Source: Octopus sinensis (Eukaryota). From it: a stretch of 64,000 nt of DNA. Under the pieces are notes generated by a model. That model was not told the DNA's origin and did no database searches. It saw nothing but the letters and a program-made list of their open reading frames with translations. Each line of letters starts with the position of its first letter. Position 1 is the first letter of the stretch. This document shows positions 39,198 to 52,831 of the stretch, one piece after another. The stretch lies in NCBI RefSeq assembly GCF_006345805.1, contig NC_043006.1, positions 51,956,001 through 52,020,000 on the forward strand, in the 5' to 3' direction. Both the position numbers and the translations under genes were made by a program.

Positions 39198-39540
39198 TCT
39201 GAGACCCCCTTCGGTCACGACACAGACTATGGGATTGCACCTAGAAAGTTACCCTCCCAGGTACAAGCCCGGGCAAGGTTGTTTATGGAAGACCAGCAGT
39301 CGCCCATGCATGCCGGTCTCCCCTCTCCACGCCACCAGTGTTATCTAAGGGAAAGGCAAAGGGACCGATACAGCTTGGCACCTGTGACGTCGCAACTCAT
39401 TTCTACAGCTGAGTGAACTGGAGCAACATGAAATAAAGTGTCTTGCTCAAGAACACAACACGCAGCCCGGTTCGGGATTCGAGCTCACAACCTCACGATC
39501 GTAAGCTCGACGCTCTAACCACTGAGTCATGTGCCTTCAC
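39198..39540 (-). mobile_element. SINE family A
   Basis: Homologous to 706-1042; TSD-like TTACTTAGAG / TTACTTAAAG. Confidence 0.88.
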
Positions 39541-40182
39541 TTACTTAAAGGACTTAGAATACAATAGAAGCGTGCGCATGCACACACACACACACACACT
39601 ATCCGTTGTGCAGCGAAAGTAGGCAATTAAAATAACACTGCAGAAATTATAAGTTTGTCCGATGCGCTAACGACGTTGCCATTTCGCCGTCTAAATAATA
39701 ATAATGTTCTCTTTACTAACCATTTGGAACTCATGAAGGGGTGTGTATAAAGAAGAATTATAGTAATAATAAATTGCAATAATGAATAGCTCTCCAAAAG
39801 CGGGATGTCCTCGAATACTACTCATGGAAATCCTACATAATTATGGTGACACGAACCACTAGAAAAAGATCTGGTGTTTTCCCTCAATCTAAAAGTGAGA
39901 GTAAATCCTGTTCATCTATTTGGACCGTACTTGTCGCTCTCATCCACAAATTTACTGTGAGGATGCATTCAACAAATTTACTGTGAGGCTGAATTTCCCC
40001 TTTCTAGCCTGACATTCCGTTTCACGTGAACCTTGAAGCAGTTCATGAAGGCTTAGCCCAAGATTTTAACCTTTTCAATCTCTTCCACCATGCAACCTCT
40101 TTCACCAAAGCCACCAGATATATAAAGGAGGGCGACGGACGATCTATACGGACTGAGTTTATAGTCAGATTCGTCCTGTACA

Positions 40183-40205
40183 CCAGCACCAGCACCAGCA
40201 CCAGC

Positions 40206-40236
<31 letters not shown>

Positions 40237-40375
40237 CCAGCACCACCAGCACCAGTACCACCACCAACAGCAGCAGCACCACCACCACCAGCACCACCAC
40301 CAAAACCACCACCACCACTACCACCACCACCACCACCACAACAACAACAACAACAACAACAATAGCAGCAGCAGC
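40183..40375. repeat. (CAC/CAG/CAA)n trinucleotide tract
   Basis: Low-complexity run; source of the poly-T and poly-V ORFs. Confidence 0.9.
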
Positions 40376-40403
40376 AACAATGATAATGATAATGATTTCA
40401 TAC

Positions 40404-40527
40404 CGATAATTTCAAAACTGTAATCTAATCTGTTATTCACTCCGAAACACTTGTCGATATCAAAGGTGGAGTACAGTTGAAAGTCTTCATCATAGTTGTA
40501 GATGTTTAGAACAGCATACGTGTTACT
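40404..40527 (-). CDS. Membrane protein exon: SNTYAVLNIYNYDEDFQLYSTFDIDKCFGVNNRLDYSFEII(G)
   Basis: CTCTCTTTAAG acceptor, G|GTATGA donor, 124 nt, phase 0 to 1. Confidence 0.88.
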
Positions 40528-40582
40528 CTTAAAGAGAGAGAGAAGAGGACAAACGAATCAATACATATATCTCATTTCTCCT

Positions 40583-40629
<47 letters not shown>

Positions 40630-40733
40630 TGAATGCATGTTTGTGCATATGTAGTCTTTTTGGTTTCAAAACATCCTTACGTTAGGTGTCAGCCTTTTTT
40701 GTGAATGGAGAAATATCTATATAAATTACTTAC

Positions 40734-40808
40734 CTCATCATGTTTTATCTCTAATCTCACAGGGAAATTGGTCTCTTCTCTCTCCCCAATGTCTAAAACG
40801 GCGTCATC
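40734..40808 (-). CDS. Membrane protein exon: DDAVLDIGEREETNFPVRLEIKHDE
   Basis: CATTTAG acceptor, GAG|GTAAGT donor, 75 nt, phase 0 to 0. Confidence 0.87.
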
Positions 40809-40934
40809 CTAAATGAAGATATACGATAATTAAGTAATAAGGACCACTTGGTTCTCTAGTTTAATTGTTTTGATTCTTTTATAAACGTACAAATACAAAC
40901 ACGCACGCAGAGACACATTATTAAGTTAAGTGGC

Positions 40935-41061
<127 letters not shown>

Positions 41062-41719
41062 TATATTATATTTTTACTCAAAGTTATTTTATCGACTTCC
41101 AATGTATGGAAAGGAAAGTTAGTCAGAATATATAACCCAAAGTACCTGACAGTCTAATTATTTAATCAATCTGATTAGTAATTGTTTCAAAAGTTTGGCG
41201 CATGGCCAACAATTTTGAGAGTAGAGTGCGGACTACTCGACATGGGTGACCACGATACTAGATTGGTTATCGCCCTTGGAGAGATAAATGGTAAACTTTA
41301 CCTCGGTGAAATTTTAACCTAGAGCGTAAATAGCAGGAACAAACACCGCAAAACTAATGTCGGCCAATCAGCTCACCTCTTGCTAATCTGATGATTGCTT
41401 CTACTTTAGGGACATGACCATCACTTTTAACGGGTGATAAAGTCAATCGATTAAATGGAACCCAGCACTTGCTTGGTACTAGATTTATCAACCATGGCTG
41501 GAAGAAAGGAAAACTTGACCTTAGCGGGACTTGAACTCAGATCGTAACGAGCTGTAACGAGCCAGATATTTTGTACGACACTCTTACAATTCTGTTAATC
41601 TACCACTCTGAAATCACTCCGATAATAATTCTTTCTACTATAAGTACAAGGTCTTAAAATTTGTGGGAAGGTGCTTATCGATTACATCGACCTCAGAAGC
41701 ATGCTATCAAAAAGGTTTC

Positions 41720-42125
41720 TTTTTAGAAAATGAACATTGGGACCTTGCATTGACTGAAACATCAGTATCAGATTCAGCTTAGCACTCCCCTACAGCTTTG
41801 GATGAAATATCATGAGGACATGGCTGAGGACTTAAAGTATGTAGTTCAACAGGAATGCCCAGATATCAGTATTGAGTTCTCTGAAACAATTTTTAACCAA
41901 GCACTAATTGAAATTGAGGATCACGTTTTGGCCATGGGAAACAACAATTTGCACGAGTGTGTCTCTGGATTGCCAAAAACAAACCGTCAAATTAGTGATT
42001 TAATTTCAAGAGACATAGCAAGAGAGACAAATTATGAAATCTCAGACTTGGTTGCATTTGTGAATGAACATGACATTAAACTTCTTCCAGAACAACATTG
42101 TGCATACGATAAGATTGACTTGCAG
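41720..42125 (+). pseudogene. Helitron Rep-helicase fragment (region just upstream of the PIF1 domain)
   Basis: LENEHWDLAL, LWMKYHEDMAED, IFNQALIEIEDHVL, ARETNYEIS, KLLPEQHCAYDKI resemble Helitron RepHel sequences. Confidence 0.75.
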
Positions 42126-42627
42126 TTCTGACATCAAATCTTGCTATAGACAACATTGATATATAAATGATCAACAGAGAGTTAGCTAGGTTATACCGGG
42201 AGTTAGAAAGAAACTTTTGGTTAATTTTTCAGATTATTGCAAGTTCTGTAGAGCCGAGGAATGATCCTGCAATGTATCGAATTCATTACCCACATTCAAT
42301 CCCTGTAAAATATTTTATTGACTTCATTAAAGAAATTGTTATTTACTTCATAAACAAACGAGCAATACGAATACCTTTCAAAAATTGTATCACTCTGCCA
42401 CAAAATGCCAAGCAATCATCTTTAGCGCACTTGTGCATAATAATATATTTGGACATACACAACAGCAGCTAACGTATTTGCATTTGAATCTGTCGGAACG
42501 TTTTAAGAATAAATATGCAACACATCTTTACATATTTTTTGTTTTTTATTAACGTGTCTCCAATAGCAAAACAAACGCAAAAAATATATAATCATTATAT
42601 CAGAAGTAAAATGAATGCGATATCTAC

Positions 42628-42729
42628 CGAAGCGAAATACCATTCCCATACGGACAAAGATGATTTTGGTAGTGGGTAGTCGTCTCTATGTGCAATCCAC
42701 ACGTCACACAAAATACCACGTACTGTTCT
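42628..42729 (-). CDS. Membrane protein exon: RTVRGILCDVWIAHRDDYPLPKSSLSVWEWYFAS
   Basis: TTTTATTTTAG acceptor, TCG|GTAGAT donor, 102 nt, phase 0 to 0. Confidence 0.88.
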
Positions 42730-43308
42730 CTAAAATAAAAAGCAACAACTTATAATGAATAGAAAACTTATAGTTTATTGCACATACATGGAATAAATAA
42801 ATAAAAAGCAGGTTTCCTTTCCTCCGCTAACCGATATGATTATGTTCGGTTAGTGGTGACATCTGAGGGGAAGGCAACAATAAATAAAAATGATCAAAGA
42901 GCTGCAGTAGTAACTGCTATGTAACATCATGTGAGGAGGCAGTTGTTCGCGAGTGCTATCGTCTAAGACAACGTTTTGTTGTTCACGACTCACAGAGAGA
43001 AAGTTAACTGCAAAAACACGAGTTTCTGACGGAAAATGCTTTTGCCAATAGCACACTGTACATCGCTATTGTCACAAAAAAAAAAAAAACGAGCGAGACC
43101 TTACTTTGTTACTCAACTTGCTATAAATAGTAGCCAAATCACACTCATATCACATATCTCTTAAAAAGAGAAGGGCATAATGCATAAGGTATTTCCAGAT
43201 ACCAGAATGGTCAAAGCTTAAATACCTTTCAAAGTAGGTCTGCTCAGTCAAGGCGAATATGGAGTTAAACAAAAGTAACTAATAAAAACCAATTAAGTAT
43301 TTAATTAC

Positions 43309-43469
43309 CTGTCCTTCATAAATATATTTGAATTTATCCAACTGTAACATTTCCTGGCTGTTCTTCAGTCTGTTTTTAGCATCATCTATCTCTCTGTACA
43401 AATCAGATATTTCTTCAATAGATTTCATTTCGCATTTGATATTATTTTTGCTGATGATGTAGGCAGTGT
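43309..43469 (-). CDS. Membrane protein exon: (D)TAYIISKNNIKCEMKSIEEISDLYREIDDAKNRLKNSQEMLQLDKFKYIYEGQ
   Basis: GTTTCAG acceptor, CAG|GTAATT donor, 161 nt, phase 1 to 0. Confidence 0.9.
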
Positions 43470-44393
43470 CTGAAACATAGACATACGATCTATTTAGGAA
43501 GTAGAAATGAAGTCGGGGAGGGAAGAAGAAGAAGAAGAAGAAGAAGAAGAAGAAGAAGAAGAAGAGAAGAAGAAGAAGAAGAAGAAGAAGAAGAACGATG
43601 ATAAAAGCAAATCTAATGATGATAATGAGAAAGAAGAGGAGTGGTGAAATTAATGATGGTGATGGCATAGGTAACGATGCGAATGGTGTTGCTGGCGGTG
43701 ATAGTGGCTATGGATAAGGATGAAGATGGTTGATGGTAGTGTTGGTGGCAGTTGTGGTAGGTGAGGATGATGTTGATGAAAATTTGATGGCGATGGTGGT
43801 GATGACGGCAATAAGGATGATGTAAATGGTGTCACTTGCGGTGGTGATAATGATGGTAGCAATGAATATATAAACATTTTGCTGTTCAAGACTCGTTAGT
43901 CGGGTGGTTCGCTGTCGTCTTCGACGAATTACTTGCTCATTGAAGTAGAACGTAGATGGTTGAATATTCAACAGTCATGAATACCCATAACGTAATTTTC
44001 CAGTAATAACAACATTAATCAATAATAGAGCTGTGCCGTTGAATTACAAGTACAAGCCATCTGACACACTTCTTTACAATTTCTGTCTACTTAATTTTAC
44101 TCTTAAGGTGGGGGTCGATCGAAAGATATGAAAACTGGCATATCGCCATGTTGTCATATAGTGGGATCGAACTCCCGGATCCTCATTGTTAACTAATCAA
44201 CCATAGTACACCTACACGTTGATCATACAGAAGACGGTGAGATAGACTATCGCTGAAGGATGGCGAACAAAATGCCACACGAAATTTAGTTATTACAGCT
44301 CTGTGGTACTCATATGAAAGTTCATCTATCGCAGAAAATAACTTTACAAAAAGCGATGAAACTTAGGTATTCAGACATACTACAAGATAACAA

Positions 44394-44705
44394 GTGGAAA
44401 CACATGGCCTAGTGGTTAGAGCAGCGGACTCGCGGTCGAGGGATTGTAGGTTCGAATCTCAGACCGGGCGATGTGTGTGTTTATAAGCGAAACCCTTAAG
44501 TTCCACGCGGCTCCGGCAGAAGGTAATGGCGAACTTCTGCTGACTCTTTCGCCACAACTTTCTCTCACTCTTTCCTCCTGCATCTTGCAGCTCACCTGCG
44601 ACGGACCGGTGTCCCGTCCAGGTGGGGAACCTATACGCCAAGGAAACCGGGAAACCGACCCTATGAGCCAGGCGTGGTTCGAGAAGGAACAAACAAACAA
44701 CAACA
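44394..44705 (+). mobile_element. SINE family B
   Basis: A box TGGCCTAGTGG, B box GTTCGAATC; 12-bp TSD ACAAGATAACAA at 44382-44393 and 44706-44717. Confidence 0.88.
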
Positions 44706-45127
44706 ACAAGATAACAACATATAATAAGTCTGGCATAATTTTCCATAACAAATATTCCAACATTGTGCTATTTATTGACATAGCAATACCAAAAAAATAT
44801 AAAATTGAGCAGAAGTTCGGTGGCAAGGTAAAGAATTGCACAATTACTCTGGCCGAACTGCTGATTTAATACATTATGATAATTAAAGAATTTGATTATC
44901 ATTGCATTTGTATTTGCTGCAAGGGATGGGGAGTGTATACACAATCATTTCTGTAAAAACACTATCAGATGAGAGTTTGAGGCGTTCCTAGAAATAACAT
45001 ATTTTAAAACTGGACATTTCTTTTAAGTTGTAAATTTCACTTTTTTTTCTAAGAAAACACTTGACATTTTTCTCAATTTATGAATATTAAAATACACCAG
45101 TAACTGTAATATAAATCGGTGACTTAC

Positions 45128-45239
45128 CTGTGTTGTAATCATGGATCTGTGTTAATTGACCTCCAAGGTAGCCGGGATTTCCCTTAATATTTTCAAAATA
45201 ATCTAGTCGAAATAACTTTTTCTGGAAATCATAATATTC
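45128..45239 (-). CDS. Membrane protein exon: EYYDFQKKLFRLDYFENIKGNPGYLGGQLTQIHDYNT(D)
   Basis: TTTGCAG acceptor, CAG|GTAAGT donor, 112 nt, phase 0 to 1. Confidence 0.9.
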
Positions 45240-45584
45240 CTGCAAATAGAAAATTATAGCAATTATTCATATTTTCCGGGTTATTTAAGACATAGTTAAC
45301 TAGAATGTAGGCTGTGACCGCAAGCCAAATCATTAGAACGTCAAAATACAAATTCTGATGCATCTTGAGCGATATCTCATTCTCCCTGGTTGGAATCTCA
45401 CTGAATTTAACTTTACTTTCTCACCCACAAAATGGGACTCATGGCCGAAGAAAATTTTGATAGTTTGTGTCACTCATATCATTTTATTTACTTTCTTCCT
45501 GTCTATTAAATACACCTAGATGCAAATTCATATTTTGCGTATCAATACTGCTTTACTGTATACATCAACGCATTTGAATATGTA

Positions 45585-45786
45585 CGATGGGGTGCTGAAA
45601 ATTTCCTGGCTTTTATGGTGTCATGAAAGACTTGGTGGGTGGCACAACCTTCCGATTTTTTTTTTTTACAGAGCGTAGAAAAACTGAAGGACTGCTGCAA
45701 TAATCTGAGAGAAGAATATGTTGAATAAAATCCTAATTAATTGAACCTCCTGCTGAAAAGCCAGGAACTTTTCAGCACACCCCTCG
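45585..45786. mobile_element. Mariner-derived MITE
   Basis: TA|CGATGGGGTGCTGAAAATTTCCTGGCTTTT ... AAAAGCCAGGAACTTTTCAGCACACCCCTCG|TA. Confidence 0.8.
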
Positions 45787-46614
45787 TAAGAATTATTTTG
45801 TTTGCCTACAGTTCAAAATCTATATCTCAACAACAGAAGCAACAAAGATTGTTTCTTTTTTTCTACTCATAGATATTTTTAAGTGATAATTTTCTCCCTA
45901 ACAAGTGTCCCGTAAACTAAAGCAGCAGATACCGCGAACAGATGAAAGGTAAATTCGGCTGCGTCCGAATAGAAAATGTATTAAGTTGGCAAAGAGTGAT
46001 AAATAATTTTGCTGTTAGAAACAGAAGTCTAAAAACAAAATCCTTGGTAGAAGAGAAATGTCCAGTAAATCAAAATCCTTTGTTGGTCTAGTAATAAAAA
46101 TCATAATCCTGAACATAAAACCAATTATTTATCACCATATTTAGCTTGAAAATTCACTGTCACAAAATACAATTCTTCCATCTTTGTTTTAGAAATGTAT
46201 GTAATGAGATGATATTTTTGCTATTATTTTGCAAAAGAAAGAATCTGTGGTGTTCCTTTGTCGTTATTGTTCAATGAGAAGGCCAGACAGCTTCTACGCT
46301 ATGAGTAGACGTGAAAGAAGTAGTTGGTAAATATCCGTAAGAAGTCATGCCCAACTGTCGTAAAAAAAATGGACAAGACGCATTCGTGGTTATACTATAT
46401 CTGAAAAGCCCTAGATAGAATGTATTTTACCATACATCTCGATCAGAGCTGATCTTGAGTTAAAACAGTAACATCATCATTACCAGCAGCAGTCTCATCC
46501 CCTACCAGCACCAGCACCACCACCAGCACCAGCACCAGCACCACCACCAGCACCACCTCCACCACCATCCTCCTCCTCCCCCTCCCGGGTATCAGTTAAA
46601 AGCATTATTAGTTG

Positions 46615-46830
46615 TACTGGTTTCAAATTTTGGCACAAGGCCAGCTATTTCGGTGGATGAGTAAGTCAATTACATCGACCTCAGTGCTCAACTGGTACTT
46701 ATTTTGTCGACCGCGAACAGATGAAAGGTAAAGTTGACCCCAGCGGAATTTGAACTCACAGCGTAAAGACGGGTAAAATGCCGCCAAACATATTGTCCGG
46801 CGGGCCAACGATTCTGCCAGCTCGCCGTCC
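46615..46830 (-). mobile_element. SINE family C
   Basis: Reverse complement of the family C head and core. Confidence 0.8.
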
Positions 46831-47439
46831 TTGCATCATTAGTTATAATAACAATAATTTTTTTATGCAGTCATAAGGACAATGAGTGAGAGGACACTAT
46901 AATGAAAAATTACATGGAATCGACTACGAATAAAAGTACTAAAATATCCCAATACGAAAGTATTCATCTGGAGCTTATCGGGGAAACTCATATATCTCGA
47001 ATTATCTGTTAAATGGCAATTGCCCTATTCTTGTTATGCTCTCAGTCTAACAGATACGTGTTCAGTAACTCTACTAGAGTGCAGCACTTAGATCGTCTTT
47101 TCATAGACCAAGCGAATTCGGGAGACATTTTAGCAGCGCTTTGCCAAACTGTTTGGGAGAAAATAGTATCTCCATGTGTCTAATTGAACTGAGGACAGAA
47201 GACTGTATATATCCAGAGAATTAGAGTCCCTTAATTGGAGCTGAAATCTAATGTTATACAAAAAATCAAAAAAAATCTAATATTCATCCTTTCAGAGGTC
47301 GATAAAGTAAGTACTATTTGAGCACTGGAGTTCGATGTCACTGATTTACCCTCTCTCCTGAAATAATAGTCCTGTGAAAAGATTTGAAGCTAATATTCAT
47401 TTTGAAATATACAAGCGAATGACGTTGAATTATACTCAC

Positions 47440-47568
47440 ATATTGGTTTATTCTTACTGGGTATTGTGCTCCCAGATCGATTCGCTCTAGTCCACATGAA
47501 AAAGCAGTCCTTATTTTTGGCAAGTCTTTTTTGTAAGCAGATCCCTTACAATAAGTTTCCTTGGGTAT
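47440..47568 (-). CDS. Membrane protein exon: [43 protein letters not shown]
   Basis: TTTCTAG acceptor, TAT|GTGAGT donor, 129 nt, phase 0 to 0. Confidence 0.88.
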
Positions 47569-47626
47569 CTAGAAACAATAAATATGAAAAGTAAATACAT
47601 ACATACATACACGGACACACACACAG

Positions 47627-47777
<151 letters not shown>

Positions 47778-47924
47778 CACACACACACATATACGTGTGT
47801 ATACACACACACACATACGTATATAGATATGTGTGCGTATGTGTGTTTGTATTTGTTTTTATGTCTCACTCAATATATTTTGGTAAGAGTACATATTTAA
47901 GAATTTTTACAAAATAAAAGGTTG

Positions 47925-48200
47925 ACAGTAACTTCGAATTTCCACTTGTTTCATATCATCAAACGGTCTGGTGGACGGCAAGCGAACTAAAACTCCGAAA
48001 TTACTATCAAACGTTACCTTGTAAAAATTAATATAAATACACACACATACATAAAGTGTCGACCACGTTGTTAACAGGAACTTTCTATCATGAGGACAAC
48101 TGTTAAGAATCTCGCATTTGGATTTCACGAAGTCATCCCGATCGAGCAAAATTTTGGTTGAGTTTTTCAATATTGGGAATTTTTTGTTCCTACACATTTC
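47925..48200 (-). pseudogene. PLE 3'-end remnant (C-terminus ...KCEILNSCPHDRKFLL) followed by a degenerate HHR-like motif at 47925-47967
   Basis: Peptide resembles Naiad-type EN C-terminus; downstream ACCGT|TTGATGA...GAAA|TTCGAAGT|T|ACTGT. Confidence 0.5.
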
Positions 48201-48446
48201 TTGTTAACTGCAATTGTTTCTTTTATTGATTAAATGTGTTTATATAAATCCTCACTGTCCTTTGTACTTTAGTTGAACAAAAATGCTTTTTTTGTATGCC
48301 CCTTGTCGTTAATTAAGAAATTATTATTAATACTATTGTTGTATCCTTGTAATATATCCCTTCTTATTAATTCTGCTTCATTTGCTAATAATGCATTTAC
48401 ACCTTGCCCTACATTTTCATTGACACCTTTATTATTATTATTATTA

Positions 48447-48507
<61 letters not shown>

Positions 48508-48543
48508 CATCATTATTATTATTATTATTATTATTATTACGAA

Positions 48544-48765
48544 GGCGGCGAGCTGGCAGAGTCGTTAGCACACCGGCATAATTGTTTAACGGTATTTCAC
48601 CCGTCGCTCCATTCTGAGCTCAAATTCCGCCGAGGTCGAGTTTTGCCTTTCATCCTTTTGCGGTCAATATAATAAGTACCAGTCGATTACTGTGTTACTG
48701 TGGTCAATGTAATCGGCTAATCTCCTACTCCAAAATTGCTGCCCTTGTGGCAAAATTTGAAACCA
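48544..48765 (+). mobile_element. SINE family C
   Basis: GGCGGCGAGCTGGCAGAGTCGTTAGC head plus core; follows a (TTA)n tract. Confidence 0.8.
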
Positions 48766-49285
48766 TCAAAGTGACACTGGGGTAAAATATACAAAGCCCA
48801 GTATACCCATCATGACTACCCGTCTGATAAGGGTACACCAGGCACATGCATCACAACCATATGTGCGCGACATGGTGATCTCATATCAAGATAAACAGCA
48901 CATGACCTTGCAGGTGGGGCCCAGTTAGAATTTTCTTCAGGTCGAGTAGCCCATCCTGCTCAAGAGGTCCCTGAATAAGGGTTGCTTTAGGATGTTGAAC
49001 GAAACACCCATATTTCCAGAGGTGAATTATTCAAACTCCAAAGAATCCCTCTCAACACATGGCTATGATGCTCCCCCACTACTTCTGCTCGTGATCAGAG
49101 ATGCACATATCGTCAGCCACTAAGGGACATGCTCAACTGGTTAAGGTCAAACAACTGACAAGCAAATCTGTGGTATTGAGCAGAATATTTGCTGTAGCCC
49201 ATCTTTTACACCAAGACAAAACAATGTACATGATATCACTTCCAATCAGTTAAGATCAGAAGCCACGAGAGCTACTGCCTGGTAC

Positions 49286-49338
<53 letters not shown>

Positions 49339-49339
<1 letters not shown>

Positions 49340-49730
49340 TATGTTTGACTTTTGCTTTATATTTGTACAAGTTGGCTCCAAGTCTCACCCAGAGACCTCA
49401 AGAGACAACAGGGTTGGAAGTTCATGTTGTTGTTATGCCTAGTGTGCCATATATTTGGGGGGTGGGGATGTTGTACTAATGAGTGTCTAAAAAAAGTTTT
49501 TTTTTTTTTTTTTAAACCGAAAATTATGTTTGTTTTAAACCTTGAGATTACATAGAGAGTATTTTGCGTAGGATATGAGCAGTTCCCATGAGCACTATCT
49601 TTTGAACTTCTGCCATTTTTGGGTTTCCTGGTATCTGAGTTAGGTAGCTATCAGCCCCTTTTGCTATCATTCCCAGGGCACCTATGACAACAGGTATTGT
49701 TTTAGTCTTCAGCTTCCACATTTTGCTGAC
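49339..49730 (-). mobile_element. 5'-truncated R4/Dong-type LINE (C-terminus plus 3' UTR) embedded in (TAA)n
   Basis: SKMWKLKTKTIPVVIGALGMIAKG...VQKIVLMGTAHILRKILSM* at 49548-49730; (TTA)n on both sides. Confidence 0.85.
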
Positions 49731-49748
49731 TTATTATTATTATTATTA

Positions 49749-49859
<111 letters not shown>

Positions 49860-49871
49860 TATTATTATTAT

Positions 49872-49909
<38 letters not shown>

Positions 49910-49948
49910 TTTATTATTATTATTAATAATAGAATGTGCAAAACTTAC

Positions 49949-50103
49949 CTCAAAGATTTTATAGTCGGGGGGTGTAGGATTATAATCAGAGAATTCAATC
50001 AAGTATTCATTATTGATTAATTTATTATTTTGAGTTGTTTGGCTTATCAAGTGCAAACGGACGGGAACATGTTTCACTCCTGAGGCTGTAATCCAGCCAT
50101 CAG
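49949..50103 (-). CDS. Membrane protein exon: (A)DGWITASGVKHVPVRLHLISQTTQNNKLINNEYLIEFSDYNPTPPDYKIFE
   Basis: TTTTTCCAACTAG acceptor, GAG|GTAAGT donor, 155 nt, phase 1 to 0. Confidence 0.9.
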
Positions 50104-50451
50104 CTAGTTGGAAAAACAAAGCAAAACAAAAAACCCAATTAATTATGGCTGTCCTTTTCGGCATATCATCTTCTTAGGCATTTATGGCCTGCAAAACTAA
50201 CGATATCCTCTCATCCATACATACAAGATAACAACATGGTATTCGCATTTTTTTTTCTTTTAACACGCAAAGACATACACCATACGCACACTCCCTACAT
50301 TATTAGCAGGTGTGAATAAAAACGTTCTCTGTGACATGCAATGTCTTATCCAAGGCATTTCTGCTCATAAGAGTGACACAAGGTTGCACTTGTAAAGCGA
50401 CACAAAAAGCCTTGTATATATGAATATATGTATGTGTGCCCATACATGCAT

Positions 50452-50549
<98 letters not shown>

Positions 50550-50565
50550 GTCTGTCTGTCTGTCA

Positions 50566-50603
<38 letters not shown>

Positions 50604-50641
50604 GCAGACACACACATGCGCAGGCGTAACTGTGTGCTTAA

Positions 50642-50866
50642 GGCGGCGAGCTGGCAGAGCTGGCGGAAACGTTAGCACGCCGGGCGTAACGTCTGCCGTT
50701 ACGTTCTGGGTTAAAATTCCGCCGAGGTTGACTTTGCCTTTCATCCTTTCGGGGTCGATAAATTAAGTACCAGTTACGCACTGGGGTCGATGTAATCGAC
50801 TTAATCCGTTTGTCTGTCCTTGTTTGTCTCCTCTATGTTTAGCCCTTTGTGGGCAATAAAGAAATA
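50642..50866 (+). mobile_element. SINE family C
   Basis: Near-identical to 1781-2012. Confidence 0.87.
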
Positions 50867-50975
50867 CATAATATCTACAATCTAGGTTTATTTAAAAAAA
50901 AAACAAAAGGTTACACTGCAGCCGTGTTGTTCTACGATAAAGAAAATGTTATATCAGAAAAAGTAGTCACAGTAC

Positions 50976-51206
50976 CTGAGTAATATAAAGTTGCTTTATT
51001 GGTTTCTTTATTGATGGTATCACATACTTCCCAGCCCTCAACTATTTCACCGTGCACGTTATAAGAGCCTATATACTTAAGATTATCGTTGTACTTTTTA
51101 GGTATGTTTGCTGGGTTTAGTTTACTGAGCTTGAAAAGGTGGCGAAAGATTGCTAACACATCATCCCCAGTGATCTTTTCAACATTACAGTTGTTTATGT
51201 CGTCAT
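50976..51206 (-). CDS. Membrane protein exon: (D)DDINNCNVEKITGDDVLAIFRHLFKLSKLNPANIPKKYNDNLKYIGSYNVHGEIVEGWEVCDTINKETNKATLYYS(A)
   Basis: TTTTTTTCAG acceptor, CAG|GTACTG donor, 231 nt, phase 1 to 1. Confidence 0.87.
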
Positions 51207-51855
51207 CTGAAAAAAATATGGACTAAAAATATTAACGTATGCATAAAAGTAAAGTGCAGTTACATTTGTACACACGCGTGTGGTACAGATGTTGTGGAAT
51301 ACAATATGAATGTTTTAAATATTCAGATTACAAATATGCATGTAATACATACATACATACATACATACAAACTCACAAACACACGCACACGCACGCACAC
51401 ACATATACAAGTCAGTGGACAAACGAAAGAGAGTGGTACTCAACACATTCGATGGGAGTTACGTATATAATTTATCAACAGTCTCACACCGAACCTTCTA
51501 CGATCATTGGAAACTTGGCTGAGTCCAACTGTTATGATATATAAATGACGAACGATGAAATGAGTGCTGAACACTGCATTGGTGGAAATATAATTTCTTT
51601 ATTTGAGAATTAGATCTACCATTGGCTTCCTGTTAAGGAAAGTAGGAAAATATACTAGTGTCTTAATTTTTCAAGCCGATCATATGGAGAAAAGTATTCG
51701 CCTCCATTCTGGATGCTTTCCAAAATAGAGGCAAACACCTTTCTCTATGTGATCGGCTTAAAAAAAGTATTAACACACTAGGATATTTTCCAGCTTTTCT
51801 TAACATGAAACCAACGGTAGCCTTAACTCACAAATAAAGAATATATATATGCATG

Positions 51856-52046
<191 letters not shown>

Positions 52047-52250
52047 GCACACGCACACACTCACACATACACACACATCTGTTGCGTTACCAACCTTGTC
52101 TCCACTCTTTTGCCTTTAAAAACCCACTTTGCTCTTGTTATCGTAAACATCCGCCTTTCACCATGTGCAACTCGTAAACACCAGTCGTCTTTTTTCTCTT
52201 TCCCTGTTGCCCGCTCTGGGATCTTTCTTTCCTCTCTCTTCCTTCTTTAT

Positions 52251-52284
52251 GTTTCCGACGAAGAGCTCCGCTCGAACGTCATAC
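52251..52284 (+). ncRNA. Degenerate hammerhead-like motif related to the 58.8-kb family
   Basis: GTTT|CCGACGA|A|GAGC tcc GCTC|GAA|CGTC|ATAC; downstream TTCCTGAGCGCC shared with 58761-59265. Confidence 0.5.
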
Positions 52285-52391
52285 CTCCCTGCTTCCATTT
52301 CCTGAGCGCCTATTAATAATAATACTGTAATTGTTCCATTGTTGTTGTTTTTTTTGTTTCCCGTTTGGATTAAAAAAAAAAATATATATAC

Positions 52392-52438
<47 letters not shown>

Positions 52439-52751
52439 TATACACATATATATATGTATATATATTACATATATATATATATATATATATATATGGATCA
52501 AAACAGTTTGATTCAAATTCGTTGGTACTGTGTCGTTTTTTTTTATTCGTTAGCGAGTACGGTAGTGGTTATCTCTCCATTCCAAACGCTTGAAATACAA
52601 GAGTACCAATTAATTTGAATCAAACTACTTGATCCATACATGTATTTCCGAATAAATTGGTTGAGTGCCCTTTTGTGTGTCCACTTACTCGTATATATGT
52701 ATACGTATATATATATTATGTGTATATATATATATATTATATATTATATAT

Positions 52752-52783
<32 letters not shown>

Positions 52784-52797
52784 ATAATATATATTAT

Positions 52798-52831
<34 letters not shown>

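Noticed and set aside
40043-40180. ORF NLTINSVRIDRPSPSFIYLV as a possible exon
   Set aside because: Flanking exons join in phase without it, and no good donor was seen.
44259-44290. CTGAAGGATGGC...GCCACACGAAA as a hammerhead
   Set aside because: A9 is absent, there are three extra bases before GAAA, and there is no stem I or III.
48770-49287. Complex 520-bp segment that looks like a repeat-family UTR
   Set aside because: Single copy in the window with no ORF or structure I can support.
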